Numbered from the stretch's first letter, positions 18,589-30,438 are shown. The stretch: 64,000 nucleotides of DNA from Candidatus Kapaibacterium sp. (GCA_963664875.1 OY761611.1:256001-320000), one strand, 5' to 3'. Numbers and translations are program-made. Notes: generated by a model not told the origin, from the sequence alone.

Positions 18589-20709
18589 TTGAAAGGGAAT
18601 TTAGGAAGATTCGCCATAGTTGTGATACCAATCTTAGCTGCATTAGCATTATTGTATCCAACTTACAGATCTGCTTCGCTTAAAGATATGCAGGCAGAAG
18701 CCTACGCACGAGCTGCACAGGCACAGTCAATTGATGATTCTTTGGCTATTATTGACGAATTCAATAAAGAGCACAGAGAAGATTTGCAAAATGCAAATTC
18801 AGGTGCTTTAAAATTGGGTCTTGACCTTCAGGGTGGTATGTATGTTACACTTGAAGTTGATGTGCTTAAACTTATCGAAGAAGCAGCAATCAGAGACGCT
18901 GTCGATGAAACATTTATGGAAGTAATCGAGAAAACACGCAAAGAGTTGTTAGAAAGCGATGAAGCTACTCTTGAGGTTTTTCTTAGAAACTTTGATGCTG
19001 TTAAAGATGAACGTGGTGTTTCGCTATTAAATTATTTTGATGTCGGCGATATCAAAGATGCTTCTCGCGAAAAAATAATCGAAAAATTAGAACTTAATGC
19101 TACTCAGGCTGTAGATCAAGCGTTAGAAGTTATTCGCCAACGTATAGATACTTACGGTGTAACTGAGCCAAATATCCAAAAACAAGGTAACAGAAGAATT
19201 ATTCTTGAGTTGCCGGGTGTAAAAGACGAAGCTGAAGTTAGATCTCTATTGGAAACAACTGCTCGTCTTGAGTTCAAACTTCTTAGAAATAATTCTAAAA
19301 TCGTAAGAGCATTCCAAAAAATAGACAAAATGCTTTACGAGCAAAATTTAAGAAGAAAAGGTATCGAAGTTAAAGAAGAAACAGAAGAGGTAGCTGTTGC
19401 TGCAGACTCTACTAATACTCAAAACACTTCAGACACTACAAATGTTGCAGCAAATGAAACAGCAACAGACACAACAAACGTAGCTGCAAACGACACTGCT
19501 GCTAACAAAACTGAAGACACTGCTACAAAAGACAACCCTTATGCCGGAATGTCTGACAGTGAAGCTCAAAAAGCATATAAAGAGAAACATCCGTTTACCT
19601 CGTTATTTGCAACTTATGCAATCGTAAATAATCAATATCAGCCTTTGTCTTATGATATAGAATCAATTCCTGATATCGATTATGCGTTTATGATTTTGAA
19701 AGAGCAAATTGAGTTATTCAACTCTTATTTATCAAGACCGGCTGTAAAAGCATTGATTCCTTCAGATTTGGAAGTTGCAATTGATGCTAAACCGGACGAA
19801 AGAGCATTGAAAAACAGCAATATTGAGTCTTACAATTTCTACTCTTTGAAACGAGATGCTGAATTAACCGGTGAAGTTATCACAAATGCTTTTGCTAACT
19901 TTGATCAAATGAAAAATCAACCTATAGTTAATATGCAAATGAACTCTGAAGGAGCTGAAAAATGGGCTCGAATCACAGGTGCCAATGTTGGTAAACGTAT
20001 TGCAGTAGTACTTGACGGAAGAGTTTATACTGCTCCAAACGTTAATCAAAAAATAACTGGTGGTGGTTCTGTCATTGAAGGTATGGCTGATATTCAAGAA
20101 GCAAGATTGCTTGAAATTATCCTTAAAGCCGGTGCACTAAAAGCTCCTGTTCAGATAGTTGAAGAAAGAGTTGTGGGACCTTCTCTTGGTGAAGATTCTA
20201 TCTCAAGCGGTATCAATGCCACTATGTTAGCAGTAGCTTTAGTAATTATCTTTATGATTATGTATTACAATATTGGTGGTTTCGTAGCCGATTTTGCAGT
20301 ATTGCTAAACGTAACTATGATTATTTCAGTACTTGCTGCTTTTGGCGGTACACTTACTTTACCTGGTATTGCAGGTATTATCCTTACGATTGGTATGGCT
20401 GTGGATGCGAACGTTCTTATCTTCGAACGCGTAAGAGAAGAATTGAAAAAAGGAAGATCAATCAAATCAGCAATTGACGAAGGTTTCCAAAAAGCATTAA
20501 GTGCGATTCTTGACTCTAACATTACTACGTTCATCACTGGTCTTATTTTGTTCTACCTTGGCAGTGGTCCAATCAAAGGTTTTGCAATGACTTTGATGAT
20601 TGGTATCATAGGTACTTTGTTCACAGGTATTGTTGTAACAAGAAAAGTAATCGAAATCATGCTTGGCGATAAATCTAACTTTAACTTTGGTCAATCCAAA
20701 AACGCATAA
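18589..20709 (+). CDS. secD: Protein translocase subunit SecD
   Basis: KLGLDLQGG, RIDTYGVTEP, ELPG, VGPSLG, TLPGIAG..IGMAVDANVLIFER; TTG start with GGAGGT SD. Confidence 0.97.
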   Translation: MKGNLGRFAIVVIPILAALALLYPTYRSASLKDMQAEAYARAAQAQSIDDSLAIIDEFNKEHREDLQNANSGALKLGLDLQGGMYVTLEVDVLKLIEEAAIRDAVDETFMEVIEKTRKELLESDEATLEVFLRNFDAVKDERGVSLLNYFDVGDIKDASREKIIEKLELNATQAVDQALEVIRQRIDTYGVTEPNIQKQGNRRIILELPGVKDEAEVRSLLETTARLEFKLLRNNSKIVRAFQKIDKMLYEQNLRRKGIEVKEETEEVAVAADSTNTQNTSDTTNVAANETATDTTNVAANDTAANKTEDTATKDNPYAGMSDSEAQKAYKEKHPFTSLFATYAIVNNQYQPLSYDIESIPDIDYAFMILKEQIELFNSYLSRPAVKALIPSDLEVAIDAKPDERALKNSNIESYNFYSLKRDAELTGEVITNAFANFDQMKNQPIVNMQMNSEGAEKWARITGANVGKRIAVVLDGRVYTAPNVNQKITGGGSVIEGMADIQEARLLEIILKAGALKAPVQIVEERVVGPSLGEDSISSGINATMLAVALVIIFMIMYYNIGGFVADFAVLLNVTMIISVLAAFGGTLTLPGIAGIILTIGMAVDANVLIFERVREELKKGRSIKSAIDEGFQKALSAILDSNITTFITGLILFYLGSGPIKGFAMTLMIGIIGTLFTGIVVTRKVIEIMLGDKSNFNFGQSKNA
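19432..19491 (+). repeat. 36-nt-period direct repeat encoding DTTNVAAN twice within the SecD low-complexity linker
   Basis: gacactacaaatgttgcagcaaat and gacacaacaaacgtagctgcaaac. Confidence 0.8.
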
Positions 20710-20753
20710 GCATTATAATATTAAGAAACGAAATAATCTTAGAGGATAATAAA

Positions 20754-21695
20754 ATGCAATTTTTTGATAAAACTAATATAGACTTTGTGGGCAAGAGAAG
20801 TTTATTCTTTGTTGTCTCTTCAGTTGTAATAGTATTAGGTCTTGTCGGTACTTTACTTTTAGGAGTTTCCTATGGTATCGATTTTGACGGCGGTACTGAG
20901 ATAGGTATCGGTTTCTCAGGACAAGTTGAAACTAACGAACTGCGTGCTACGGTAGAAAAAGCAGGATTCCAAGGGGCGGAGATTAAATCTTTTGGTAAAG
21001 AAAATCAATTCCTTATCCGTGTTAAAGAGTCAGCAGATGCTCCTAAAATTATTCAACAAGCTTTGGAAACTAAGTATTCCAGCTTGCAGGTAGAAACACT
21101 AAAAGTGGATAAAATCGGTCCTAAAATCGGTAAAGAATCGAGAACAGACGCACTTTTTGCAGTTGTTCTTTCTGTTATCGCAATTCTGCTTTATGTAGGT
21201 TTCCGTTTCGAATTCTCTTATGGCTTAGGAGCGATTGTTGCGTTAGCACACGACGTTCTTGTAACATTTGCAGTAATCGTGATTGTAAATAAAACAGGTC
21301 TTATCAACCTTGAAATCAATCAGACTATATTGGCAGGTATGCTTACTGTAGTGGGTTTTTCAATCAACGATACGGTTATTATTTTTGACAGGATTCGTGA
21401 AAATAAAGAAAAACTTAGAGGTAAAAAGTTTACCGATTTGGTAAATGCTTCTATTAACGAAACACTTAGCCGTACAATCAATACAGTTCTAACAACAGCT
21501 TTAGTGCTTTTGGCACTTGTTCTATTTGGCGGCCCTGTATTGGAAGGTTTTGCATTTACTATGCTTATCGGTATTATTACAGGTACTTACTCTTCAATCT
21601 ATATAGCTTCTTCCTTTGTTATTTGGTATTTAGTACGAAACAACAAAATAGATGCAGAAACAGGATTGTTGAAAAAAGAAGCAACAGCACAGTAG
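20754..21695 (+). CDS. secF: Protein translocase subunit SecF
   Basis: GIDFDGG, IGPKIG, HDV, GFSINDTVIIFDRIRE, GTYSSIYIAS. Confidence 0.97.
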   Translation: MQFFDKTNIDFVGKRSLFFVVSSVVIVLGLVGTLLLGVSYGIDFDGGTEIGIGFSGQVETNELRATVEKAGFQGAEIKSFGKENQFLIRVKESADAPKIIQQALETKYSSLQVETLKVDKIGPKIGKESRTDALFAVVLSVIAILLYVGFRFEFSYGLGAIVALAHDVLVTFAVIVIVNKTGLINLEINQTILAGMLTVVGFSINDTVIIFDRIRENKEKLRGKKFTDLVNASINETLSRTINTVLTTALVLLALVLFGGPVLEGFAFTMLIGIITGTYSSIYIASSFVIWYLVRNNKIDAETGLLKKEATAQ

Positions 21696-21751
21696 TAAAT
21701 GACAGAAATTTTTGCTATTATTGAAATAAAGAAACAAAGCAGTTATCTTAA

Positions 21752-22114
21752 ATGAGAAAGCAAGAAACATACAAATACGAAATCACAGAAAGTAATGGTT
21801 GCAAATACGCTGTTTTAAAAATGAACAGTGAAGCTCTTGGTGGTAATGATGCCTTAGAGTTTACTTCAACCTTACAAAAATTGGCAGATGAAAATCTTTG
21901 CTGTATAGTTATTGATATGCAATATTTGCAAATAATCAATAGCTCAGGTTTAGGTATGCTGGTCAGCAGTCTAAGTACTTTGAAACAAAAAGGTATAAAA
22001 CTGTCTTTGGCGGCAGTGCCTGATAAAGTAAGCAAACTATTAAATATGACCCATTTGGATAAAGTATTCAATATTTGTGAAGACTTAGAAAGTGCATTGA
22101 TTTTCTGCAAGTAA
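21752..22114 (+). CDS. STAS-domain anti-sigma factor antagonist
   Basis: IVIDMQYLQIINSSGLGMLV with conserved Ser, LLNMTHLDKVFNI. Confidence 0.9.
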   Translation: MRKQETYKYEITESNGCKYAVLKMNSEALGGNDALEFTSTLQKLADENLCCIVIDMQYLQIINSSGLGMLVSSLSTLKQKGIKLSLAAVPDKVSKLLNMTHLDKVFNICEDLESALIFCK

Positions 22115-22115
22115 A

Positions 22116-23497
<1,382 letters not shown>

Positions 23498-23526
23498 AAA
23501 ATAACAAAATAAAATATCATACGTCC

Positions 23527-23556
23527 AAAAAAGCAACCCTTCAGGTTGCTTTTTTT
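23527..23556 (+). terminator. Rho-independent terminator after purA
   Basis: AAAAAAGCAACC-cttca-GGTTGCTTTTTTT. Confidence 0.88.
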
Positions 23557-23578
23557 AGTTTAACCGAGTAGAAAAAAT

Positions 23579-24730
23579 ATGATAAATGAACTAAGAAAAT
23601 TCATTGCTCCTGAGTTCGTTTTTGGTGTAGGTGCTGCAAATTTAGTGGCTCAATATGCAAAGAACTACAGCGTTACAAAAGCATTGATAGTAACTGATAA
23701 GAATATTGCACGCGTAGGTTTGTTAGGAAAGATAACTGACTTATTAGAATCTGATAATATAAATTATGCAATATTTGATAATATAAGCCCTAATCCAAGA
23801 GATTATGAAGTTCACGAAGGGGCTGAGTTTTATCTATCTGAAGATTGTAACATTATTATAGCTGTAGGTGGAGGTAGTGTTTTAGATGCCGCAAAAGGCA
23901 TAGGAATGGTATCGCAACATGGTATTAACATTTTAGATTTTGAAGGTGTAGATAAAGTAGAATATGCAATTCCTCCACTCATTTGCATACCTACAACCTC
24001 CGGAAGTTCCGCTGATGTTTCGCAATTTGCAATCATAAATGATACTGAAAGAAAAATCAAAATTGCAATCATCAGTAGAATGATTGTGCCTGACATAGCA
24101 CTTATTGACCCAACTACTTTGCTGACTATGGATAATTATCTCACTGCCTGCACTTCAGTTGATGCTCTTGTTCATGCTGTAGAGGCTTATGTTTCTACTG
24201 CATCTTCACCAACTACCGATCTTGTGGCAGAGAATGCAATTGAAAAAATTGTGAAGTATTTACCACTGACCTTGGCAAATCCCAAGGAGATAGAATTTCG
24301 TTATGAATTGATGCTTGCAAGTTTGCATGCCGGATTAGCATTTTCAAATGCAAGTTTGGGAAATGTCCATGCTATGGCGCATAGCCTTGGAGGATTTAAA
24401 GACTTACCGCATGGAGAATGCAACGCAATGCTATTGCCTGCAGTAATAAATTATAATTACGAAACGCAATCTCAAAAATATGATAAAATTGCTCAAATCA
24501 TGGGACTGCATTTATCAAAAGATAGAAGTCTAAATAAAAAAATGCTGTTGGAACGAGTATCTGCATTTATCAACGTATCAGGAATAGATAGTACGCTAAA
24601 AGACAGAGGAATATCATATTCTGATTTGTCGTATTTAGCTGATGCTGCCTTCAACGATCCGTGCTCAGTTACCAATCCAAGAGAATCATCTGTTGAAGAT
24701 ATTAAAGTGATATATGAAGAAGCATTATAA
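23579..24730 (+). CDS. Iron-containing alcohol dehydrogenase-family protein, ErcA-like
   Basis: ELRKFIAPEFVFG N-terminus typical of ErcA-like proteins; GGGSVLDAAK, PTTSGS, DALVHAVE, VHAMAH, PHGECNA. Confidence 0.85.
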   Translation: MINELRKFIAPEFVFGVGAANLVAQYAKNYSVTKALIVTDKNIARVGLLGKITDLLESDNINYAIFDNISPNPRDYEVHEGAEFYLSEDCNIIIAVGGGSVLDAAKGIGMVSQHGINILDFEGVDKVEYAIPPLICIPTTSGSSADVSQFAIINDTERKIKIAIISRMIVPDIALIDPTTLLTMDNYLTACTSVDALVHAVEAYVSTASSPTTDLVAENAIEKIVKYLPLTLANPKEIEFRYELMLASLHAGLAFSNASLGNVHAMAHSLGGFKDLPHGECNAMLLPAVINYNYETQSQKYDKIAQIMGLHLSKDRSLNKKMLLERVSAFINVSGIDSTLKDRGISYSDLSYLADAAFNDPCSVTNPRESSVEDIKVIYEEAL

Positions 24731-25925
24731 TACGAATGATAAAGAAGAACTTAGAAAAAAGATAATGGGTTTCGGAGAAAAATCTGTTAGAAAAAACTTT
24801 TTTCCTGATTTGCAGAATAAAACAGAAGAACACAAGCACGGTTTGAAATTATTAAATCAAATCAGTGACTCTATATGCTTTTTCGATGTGGATACTTTCC
24901 AGATTATTGATTATAATCTTTCTTTTGCTGATGTTTTTTCTAATGCTGAAATATCAGTCAAAGGTATGATGTTTACCAGCATTTTGTGTGAGGATGATAA
25001 ACAACTTGTAAAAAATACTTTAGAAAATATAAAAAACGGTAAAGTTGAAAAATCTATCAAGGTATTAAACTACCGCAATAACTTTCACAAAGAAAAGATG
25101 ATAGGTGAAACTTCATTCTCTCTAAGTAAGATCGGAGATTCCCATTTTTATATTGCTTTAATTAGAGACATCACCGAGCGGATTGAAGCAGAAAAAAAGC
25201 TCAAAGAATTGAATAATGAACTTGAAAGAAAAATCGAAGAGAGAACTGAAAAACTTAAAGAGATAAATTCTGAATTGCAGCAGTTTGCCTATGTTGTATC
25301 TCATGATTTGAAAGCTCCATTAAGAGGTATTTCTCAGATTGCATACTGGCTTAAAAATGATTACTTAGATAAATTGGATACGGACGGAGTCGATTTGCTA
25401 GAAATGCTTATCCAAAGAGTTAATATCTTAGATGAGCTTATTGCCGGAATTCTCCAATACTCAAGAGTAGGTAGAACTGAAGCAGACAAAGAACTAATCG
25501 ATCTTACTGAGCTGCTCGATGAAGTTTATACTTTTTTTTCAACATCAGAGAATTTCGAACTAAAGTATCAACTCGATAACAACTTTATAATTGCTCATAA
25601 AGTTCGTTTAGAACAAGTTTTACAGAACTTGATTGATAATGCGATTCGTTACAACGACAAAGAAAAGACTATCGTTTCAGTAGAATCGTATGATATGGGG
25701 GATAGCTGGAAAATTATTGTAAGAGATAATGGACCGGGTATTGCAAAAAAATATCACGATAAAGTATTTCAAATATTTCAGACATTGCAACCAAAAGATT
25801 CTCAGAGTACAGGCATTGGGCTTGCTCTGATAAAAAAAATTATTGAAATGTACAATGGTTCAATCTTTATAGACTCAGAAGCAGGCAAAGGTACTGCTTT
25901 TATAATTAATATACCCAAAAGTTAA
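24714..25925 (+). CDS. Cytoplasmic PAS-domain sensor histidine kinase (ErcS-like N-terminus)
   Basis: GFGEKSVRKNFFPDLQ leader, PAS ending RDITER, SHDLKAPL H-box, NLIDNAIRY, DNGPGI, GIGLA; no TM helix; 17-bp overlap with upstream gene. Confidence 0.88.
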   Translation: MKKHYNTNDKEELRKKIMGFGEKSVRKNFFPDLQNKTEEHKHGLKLLNQISDSICFFDVDTFQIIDYNLSFADVFSNAEISVKGMMFTSILCEDDKQLVKNTLENIKNGKVEKSIKVLNYRNNFHKEKMIGETSFSLSKIGDSHFYIALIRDITERIEAEKKLKELNNELERKIEERTEKLKEINSELQQFAYVVSHDLKAPLRGISQIAYWLKNDYLDKLDTDGVDLLEMLIQRVNILDELIAGILQYSRVGRTEADKELIDLTELLDEVYTFFSTSENFELKYQLDNNFIIAHKVRLEQVLQNLIDNAIRYNDKEKTIVSVESYDMGDSWKIIVRDNGPGIAKKYHDKVFQIFQTLQPKDSQSTGIGLALIKKIIEMYNGSIFIDSEAGKGTAFIINIPKS

Positions 25926-26016
25926 TATTAAAACGAAAAATTGTAGAAATTAGCAAATAATTAACTATATCTATTCGTCGCTCTCTGATATGTGAACTAT
26001 AAAACCGGAGAGTAAT

Positions 26017-27156
26017 ATGCAATATTTTTTGACAGAAGAACAAAAAATGTTAAAAGAAATGGTTGATAAATTTGCTGAAGACAAAATCAAACCTCATGCC
26101 GCAGAAAACGAACGTAATCACTTATTCCCTAAAGATATAATAAACGAAGCCGGAGAGCTTGGTCTTATGGGTGTCGCTTATCCTACCGAATATGGTGGTT
26201 CAGGTATGGACTACATTTCTTATATGCTTACAATTGAATCAGTTTCAAGAGCTTGTGCTTCTACCGGCGTAATCATATCAGCACATTCTTCGTTAGTTTG
26301 TGACCCAATTTATAGATTTGGTACCGAAGAACAGAAAAATAAATATTTACCGGATTTGCTCTCCGGAAAAAAAATCGGCAGCTTCTCTTTGACTGAAGCC
26401 GGAGCCGGATCTGACGCCGGTGCCACTAAAACAACAGCCAAATTTGAAAACGGTAAATGGATTTTGAATGGATCGAAACTTTTTGCAACCAACGGCAAAG
26501 AAGCTGATGTTTTTGTGCTATTAGCTTCTACTGAACCGGAGAAAAAGACGAGAGGCGTTACAGCTTTCATTGTTGAGAAGGATACACCGGGATACAGTAT
26601 AGGTAAAGTCGAACGTAAATTGGGTATTAAATCTTCTTCAACAGCAGAAATAATATTAGATAACGTTGAAATACCTGCAGAGAATATGCTCGGAGAACTG
26701 AATAAAGGATTCAAAATTGCAATGGTTACATTAGATGGAGGTCGCCTTGGAATAGCTTCTCAAGCATTAGGGATTGCTCGTGCAGCCATTGAAGATGCAA
26801 TTAAGTATTCCAAAGAAAGAATACAATTCGATCAGCCGATAGCAAATTTTCAGGCAATACAATGGATGATTGCTGATATGTGGACAGAATACGAGGCAGC
26901 ATGGCTGCTTACCTATCGTGCTTCAAAGATGAAAGATTTAGGATTAGATTATGGACGCGAAGCCGCAATGGCAAAACTAAAAGCTTCGGAAGTGGCTATG
27001 TTTTGTGCGAATAAGGCTATCCAGATTCATGGAGGTTATGGATACACAGAAGATTTCAATGTAGAAAGATACTATAGAGATGCCAAGATAACTGAAATAT
27101 ACGAAGGTACAAGCGAAATACAGAGATTAGTAATTGCACGAAGCTTGTTGCAATAG
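26017..27156 (+). CDS. Short/branched-chain acyl-CoA dehydrogenase (butyryl-CoA dehydrogenase-like)
   Basis: FSLTEAGAGSDA, LNGSKLF, TLDGGRLGIA, QIHGGYGY, IYEGTSEIQR. Confidence 0.95.
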   Translation: MQYFLTEEQKMLKEMVDKFAEDKIKPHAAENERNHLFPKDIINEAGELGLMGVAYPTEYGGSGMDYISYMLTIESVSRACASTGVIISAHSSLVCDPIYRFGTEEQKNKYLPDLLSGKKIGSFSLTEAGAGSDAGATKTTAKFENGKWILNGSKLFATNGKEADVFVLLASTEPEKKTRGVTAFIVEKDTPGYSIGKVERKLGIKSSSTAEIILDNVEIPAENMLGELNKGFKIAMVTLDGGRLGIASQALGIARAAIEDAIKYSKERIQFDQPIANFQAIQWMIADMWTEYEAAWLLTYRASKMKDLGLDYGREAAMAKLKASEVAMFCANKAIQIHGGYGYTEDFNVERYYRDAKITEIYEGTSEIQRLVIARSLLQ

Positions 27157-27166
27157 GAGGTAAGTG

Positions 27167-30100
27167 ATGAATATCAGAGTGCTTACAGCAGCAGCACTAT
27201 TTGACGGACACGATGTATCAATCAACATATTTAGAAGATTGTTACAGAAAAGAGGTGCTGAGGTAATAAATATTGGACATAACAGAAGCGTTGACGAAGT
27301 AGTGGCAGCTGCTATTCAGGAAGATGTAGATGCTCTTCTGATTAGTTCTTATCAAGGAGGTCATAACGAATATTTCAAATACTTAATAGATTCTTTGAAA
27401 GAATTAGGTGCTGAAGATAAATTAGTCTTTGGTGGAGGAGGTGGTGTCATTCTTCCGAAAGAAATAAAGATGCTCGAAGAGTACGGTGTAACTCGTATTT
27501 ATCATGCAGAAGACGGTGTAAAGATTGGGATAGATGGTATTGCAGATGATATTATAAACAGGATAACAATCAATAAAAACAATGAAATAACACCTGTTGT
27601 ATATGATGATAATATCAGTAATTCAAATACTGAATCTATATATAGTATTTCGAAAATGTTGTCTTGTATAGAAAACCACTGTAGTGAAACTTATTTTCAA
27701 GAAATCAGAGAGAAAATTGAGCAGAATAATAGAAAAGTGTCTTTTGTTCTCGGAGTTACAGGCACAGGTGGTGCAGGTAAAAGTTCCTTGATTGATGAAA
27801 TAATTGGTAGATTTCTGATTTACACTCAAAAAACAAAGATCGCTGTTCTTGCAGTCGATCCAAGTAAGTCGAGAACAAAAGGTGCACTTTTGGGAGATAG
27901 AATCAGATACAATCATATTTACAACAATAGAGTATTTTTCAGAAGTTTTGCAACTCGCGATTCTGGAAATGAAATATCTAATGCAATCAATGATGGCATA
28001 TCTGTTTTAAAATCCGCAGGATTCGATTTGATTATCGTCGAAACAAGCGGAATAGGTCAGGGCGATTCAAAGATTACAGAAGTCAGCGACAAATCTCTGT
28101 ATGTGATGACTTCTGAGTTCGGAGCACCTTCTCAGTTAGAAAAAATAGATATGCTTGAAGAAGCGGATTTCATTGCTATAAATAAATTTGAGAAAAAAGG
28201 ATCTGAAGACGCATTCAGAGAAGTCAAGATAAACTATATAAGAAATCATGGTATAAAAGCAGATCACTCTTTAGCTTTAGACGATATCCTCCTCCCGGTG
28301 TATGCAGTTAGAAGTAATGAATTTAATAACACAGGTGTTAATAGACTGTTCAAAGATATTTTTCGAACTATGCAGGCATTTACAGGTTATGCATACGAAT
28401 ATCAAAAAGAACTATATGATTTGATAGATGTAGAACATAGAGATAACAAAGGCTTGATTAATGCTGATAGACAACTCTATTTACATGAAATATCCGAGAC
28501 AGTTAGTAATTACAAAAAACGAGTAGAAGCTGTTGCCGACAATTTTGATAAATACCAAGCTCTATCTACTACATTAAAGCTGAATGTAGTTTCAGATGAT
28601 TTGCAGATAAAAATAAACGAATTGGAGTCCAGCTTACCTATAGATGATTTACATTATATCAATCAATATCAGGAATTGAAACATAAATATTCTCAAGACT
28701 TTTTGGAATATAATATTCAAGGAAAAACCTATAAACTTAATCTTACAAATCAGTCAATAACAGGACTGAAGATACCAAAGATAGTTCCTCCTGATTATAG
28801 CTCTTGGGCTGATTTGATACGCTATAAATATCTTGAAAATTTTCCGGGTGAATTTCCCTATACAGCCGGTGTTTTTCCATTTAAAAGAACAACAGAAGAC
28901 CCTAAACGCCAATTTGCCGGTGAAGGAAGTCCGGAAAGAACAAATCGGCGTTTTCACTATCTTTGCGAAGGCGAAGAAGCAAAGAGACTTTCTGTAGCTT
29001 TTGATGGGATTACCTTATATGCAGAAGACCCTGCAGAAAAGCCGGATATCTACGGAAAAATAGGTGAGAGTGGAGTTTCAGTTTGCACCATTGAAGATAT
29101 GGACTCTCTACTTCAGGGGTTTGATCTTATGAATCCTCTGACAAGTGTTTCTATGACAATTAATGCTCCTGCTCCGATTATGGTTGCATTTTTCTTTATG
29201 ACAGCATACAATAGAGAACTCAAAAAATTAGAGTCAGAAGGGAAGTCTCTTGATGAAGAACAAAAAGAAAAACTCAAGTTGGACACATTCAGAAAGTTAC
29301 GAGGTACCGTACAGGCTGATATGCTAAAAGAAGATCAGGGACAAAATACTATTATTTTTTCCATTGATTTTGCAATGAAGATGATTGGGGATTTACAAGA
29401 ATATCTTTCTAAAAATCAAATAAAAAATTACTATTCGCTTTCTATTTCAGGTTATCACATAGCTGAAGCAGGTGCTAACCCTATTACTCAATTAGCATTT
29501 ACGTTAGCAAACGGTTTCACTTATGTAGAGTATTTTTTAAGCAGAGGTCTTCAGATTGATGATTTTGCACCTAATCTGTCATTTTTCTTTTCAAATGGTA
29601 TGGATCCTGAGTATTCAGTAATAGGAAGGGTAGCCAGGAGAATATGGGCTATTGCCATGCGAGACAGATATGGAGCTAGTGCCAAATCTCAAAAACTAAA
29701 ATATCACATTCAAACAAGTGGTCGCTCTCTTCATGCTCAGGAAATAGAATTTAACGACATTAGAACGACTCTACAAGGTTTGATTGCCTTTTATGATAAT
29801 TGTAACTCACTCCACACAAACTCATACGACGAAGCTGTTACTACACCGACAGAAGAATCGGTGCGTAGATCTATGGCGATTCAACAAATATTGACTAAAG
29901 AATTTGGGATGTTGAAAAACGAAAATCCAAATCAAGGTTCTTTCTTTATTAAATGGCTTACAGATGCCGTAGAAAATGCAGTCTTAGAAGAGTTTTCCAG
30001 ATTATCTCGAAGGGGTGGTGTTTTAGGTGCGATGGAAACACAGTACCAACGTTCGAAAATACAGGAAGAATCATTGTATTACGAATCGCTCAAACATTCC

Positions 30101-30400
30101 GGAGCATATCCTATTGTAGGAGTGAATACATTCATAAACCAAAATGCTAAAGATAACTACGAGAATATGCAAGTCATTAGGGCAGATGTTCAGGAAAAGA
30201 ATCAAAGGCTTGAAGAGTTGAAAGCTTTTAAAGAAAAAAATTCCCAAAAATCAGTACTTGCACTTGCAGAATTGAAAAAAGTAGCCTTGAACGGAGGAAA
30301 TATTTTTGAAGAATTATTGAATACAGTACAATATGCTACTATGGGAGAAATATCATCATTGCTTTATGAGATAGGCGGTAAATACAGACGTGGTATGTAA
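27167..30400 (+). CDS. icmF: Fused isobutyryl-CoA mutase / MeaB-type GTPase chaperone
   Basis: N-terminal B12 domain FDGHD, Walker A GTGGAGKSS, ETSGIGQ, mutase barrel DPKRQFAGEG (Phe specificity residue), SISGYHIAEAGA, SLHTN; AGGAGG SD. Confidence 0.95.
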   Translation: MNIRVLTAAALFDGHDVSINIFRRLLQKRGAEVINIGHNRSVDEVVAAAIQEDVDALLISSYQGGHNEYFKYLIDSLKELGAEDKLVFGGGGGVILPKEIKMLEEYGVTRIYHAEDGVKIGIDGIADDIINRITINKNNEITPVVYDDNISNSNTESIYSISKMLSCIENHCSETYFQEIREKIEQNNRKVSFVLGVTGTGGAGKSSLIDEIIGRFLIYTQKTKIAVLAVDPSKSRTKGALLGDRIRYNHIYNNRVFFRSFATRDSGNEISNAINDGISVLKSAGFDLIIVETSGIGQGDSKITEVSDKSLYVMTSEFGAPSQLEKIDMLEEADFIAINKFEKKGSEDAFREVKINYIRNHGIKADHSLALDDILLPVYAVRSNEFNNTGVNRLFKDIFRTMQAFTGYAYEYQKELYDLIDVEHRDNKGLINADRQLYLHEISETVSNYKKRVEAVADNFDKYQALSTTLKLNVVSDDLQIKINELESSLPIDDLHYINQYQELKHKYSQDFLEYNIQGKTYKLNLTNQSITGLKIPKIVPPDYSSWADLIRYKYLENFPGEFPYTAGVFPFKRTTEDPKRQFAGEGSPERTNRRFHYLCEGEEAKRLSVAFDGITLYAEDPAEKPDIYGKIGESGVSVCTIEDMDSLLQGFDLMNPLTSVSMTINAPAPIMVAFFFMTAYNRELKKLESEGKSLDEEQKEKLKLDTFRKLRGTVQADMLKEDQGQNTIIFSIDFAMKMIGDLQEYLSKNQIKNYYSLSISGYHIAEAGANPITQLAFTLANGFTYVEYFLSRGLQIDDFAPNLSFFFSNGMDPEYSVIGRVARRIWAIAMRDRYGASAKSQKLKYHIQTSGRSLHAQEIEFNDIRTTLQGLIAFYDNCNSLHTNSYDEAVTTPTEESVRRSMAIQQILTKEFGMLKNENPNQGSFFIKWLTDAVENAVLEEFSRLSRRGGVLGAMETQYQRSKIQEESLYYESLKHSGAYPIVGVNTFINQNAKDNYENMQVIRADVQEKNQRLEELKAFKEKNSQKSVLALAELKKVALNGGNIFEELLNTVQYATMGEISSLLYEIGGKYRRGM

Positions 30401-30406
30401 TTACAC

Positions 30407-30438
30407 AACAGGCAACCTAAATAATCAGGTTGCCTGTT
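30407..30438. terminator. Bidirectional terminator hairpin between convergent icmF and biotin-carrier genes
   Basis: AACAGGCAACCT-N8-AGGTTGCCTGTT 12-bp stem. Confidence 0.75.

Noticed and set aside
21748-22110. 120-aa antisense ORF mirroring the STAS gene almost exactly
   Set aside because: Shadow frame of a well-supported gene; no recognisable motifs
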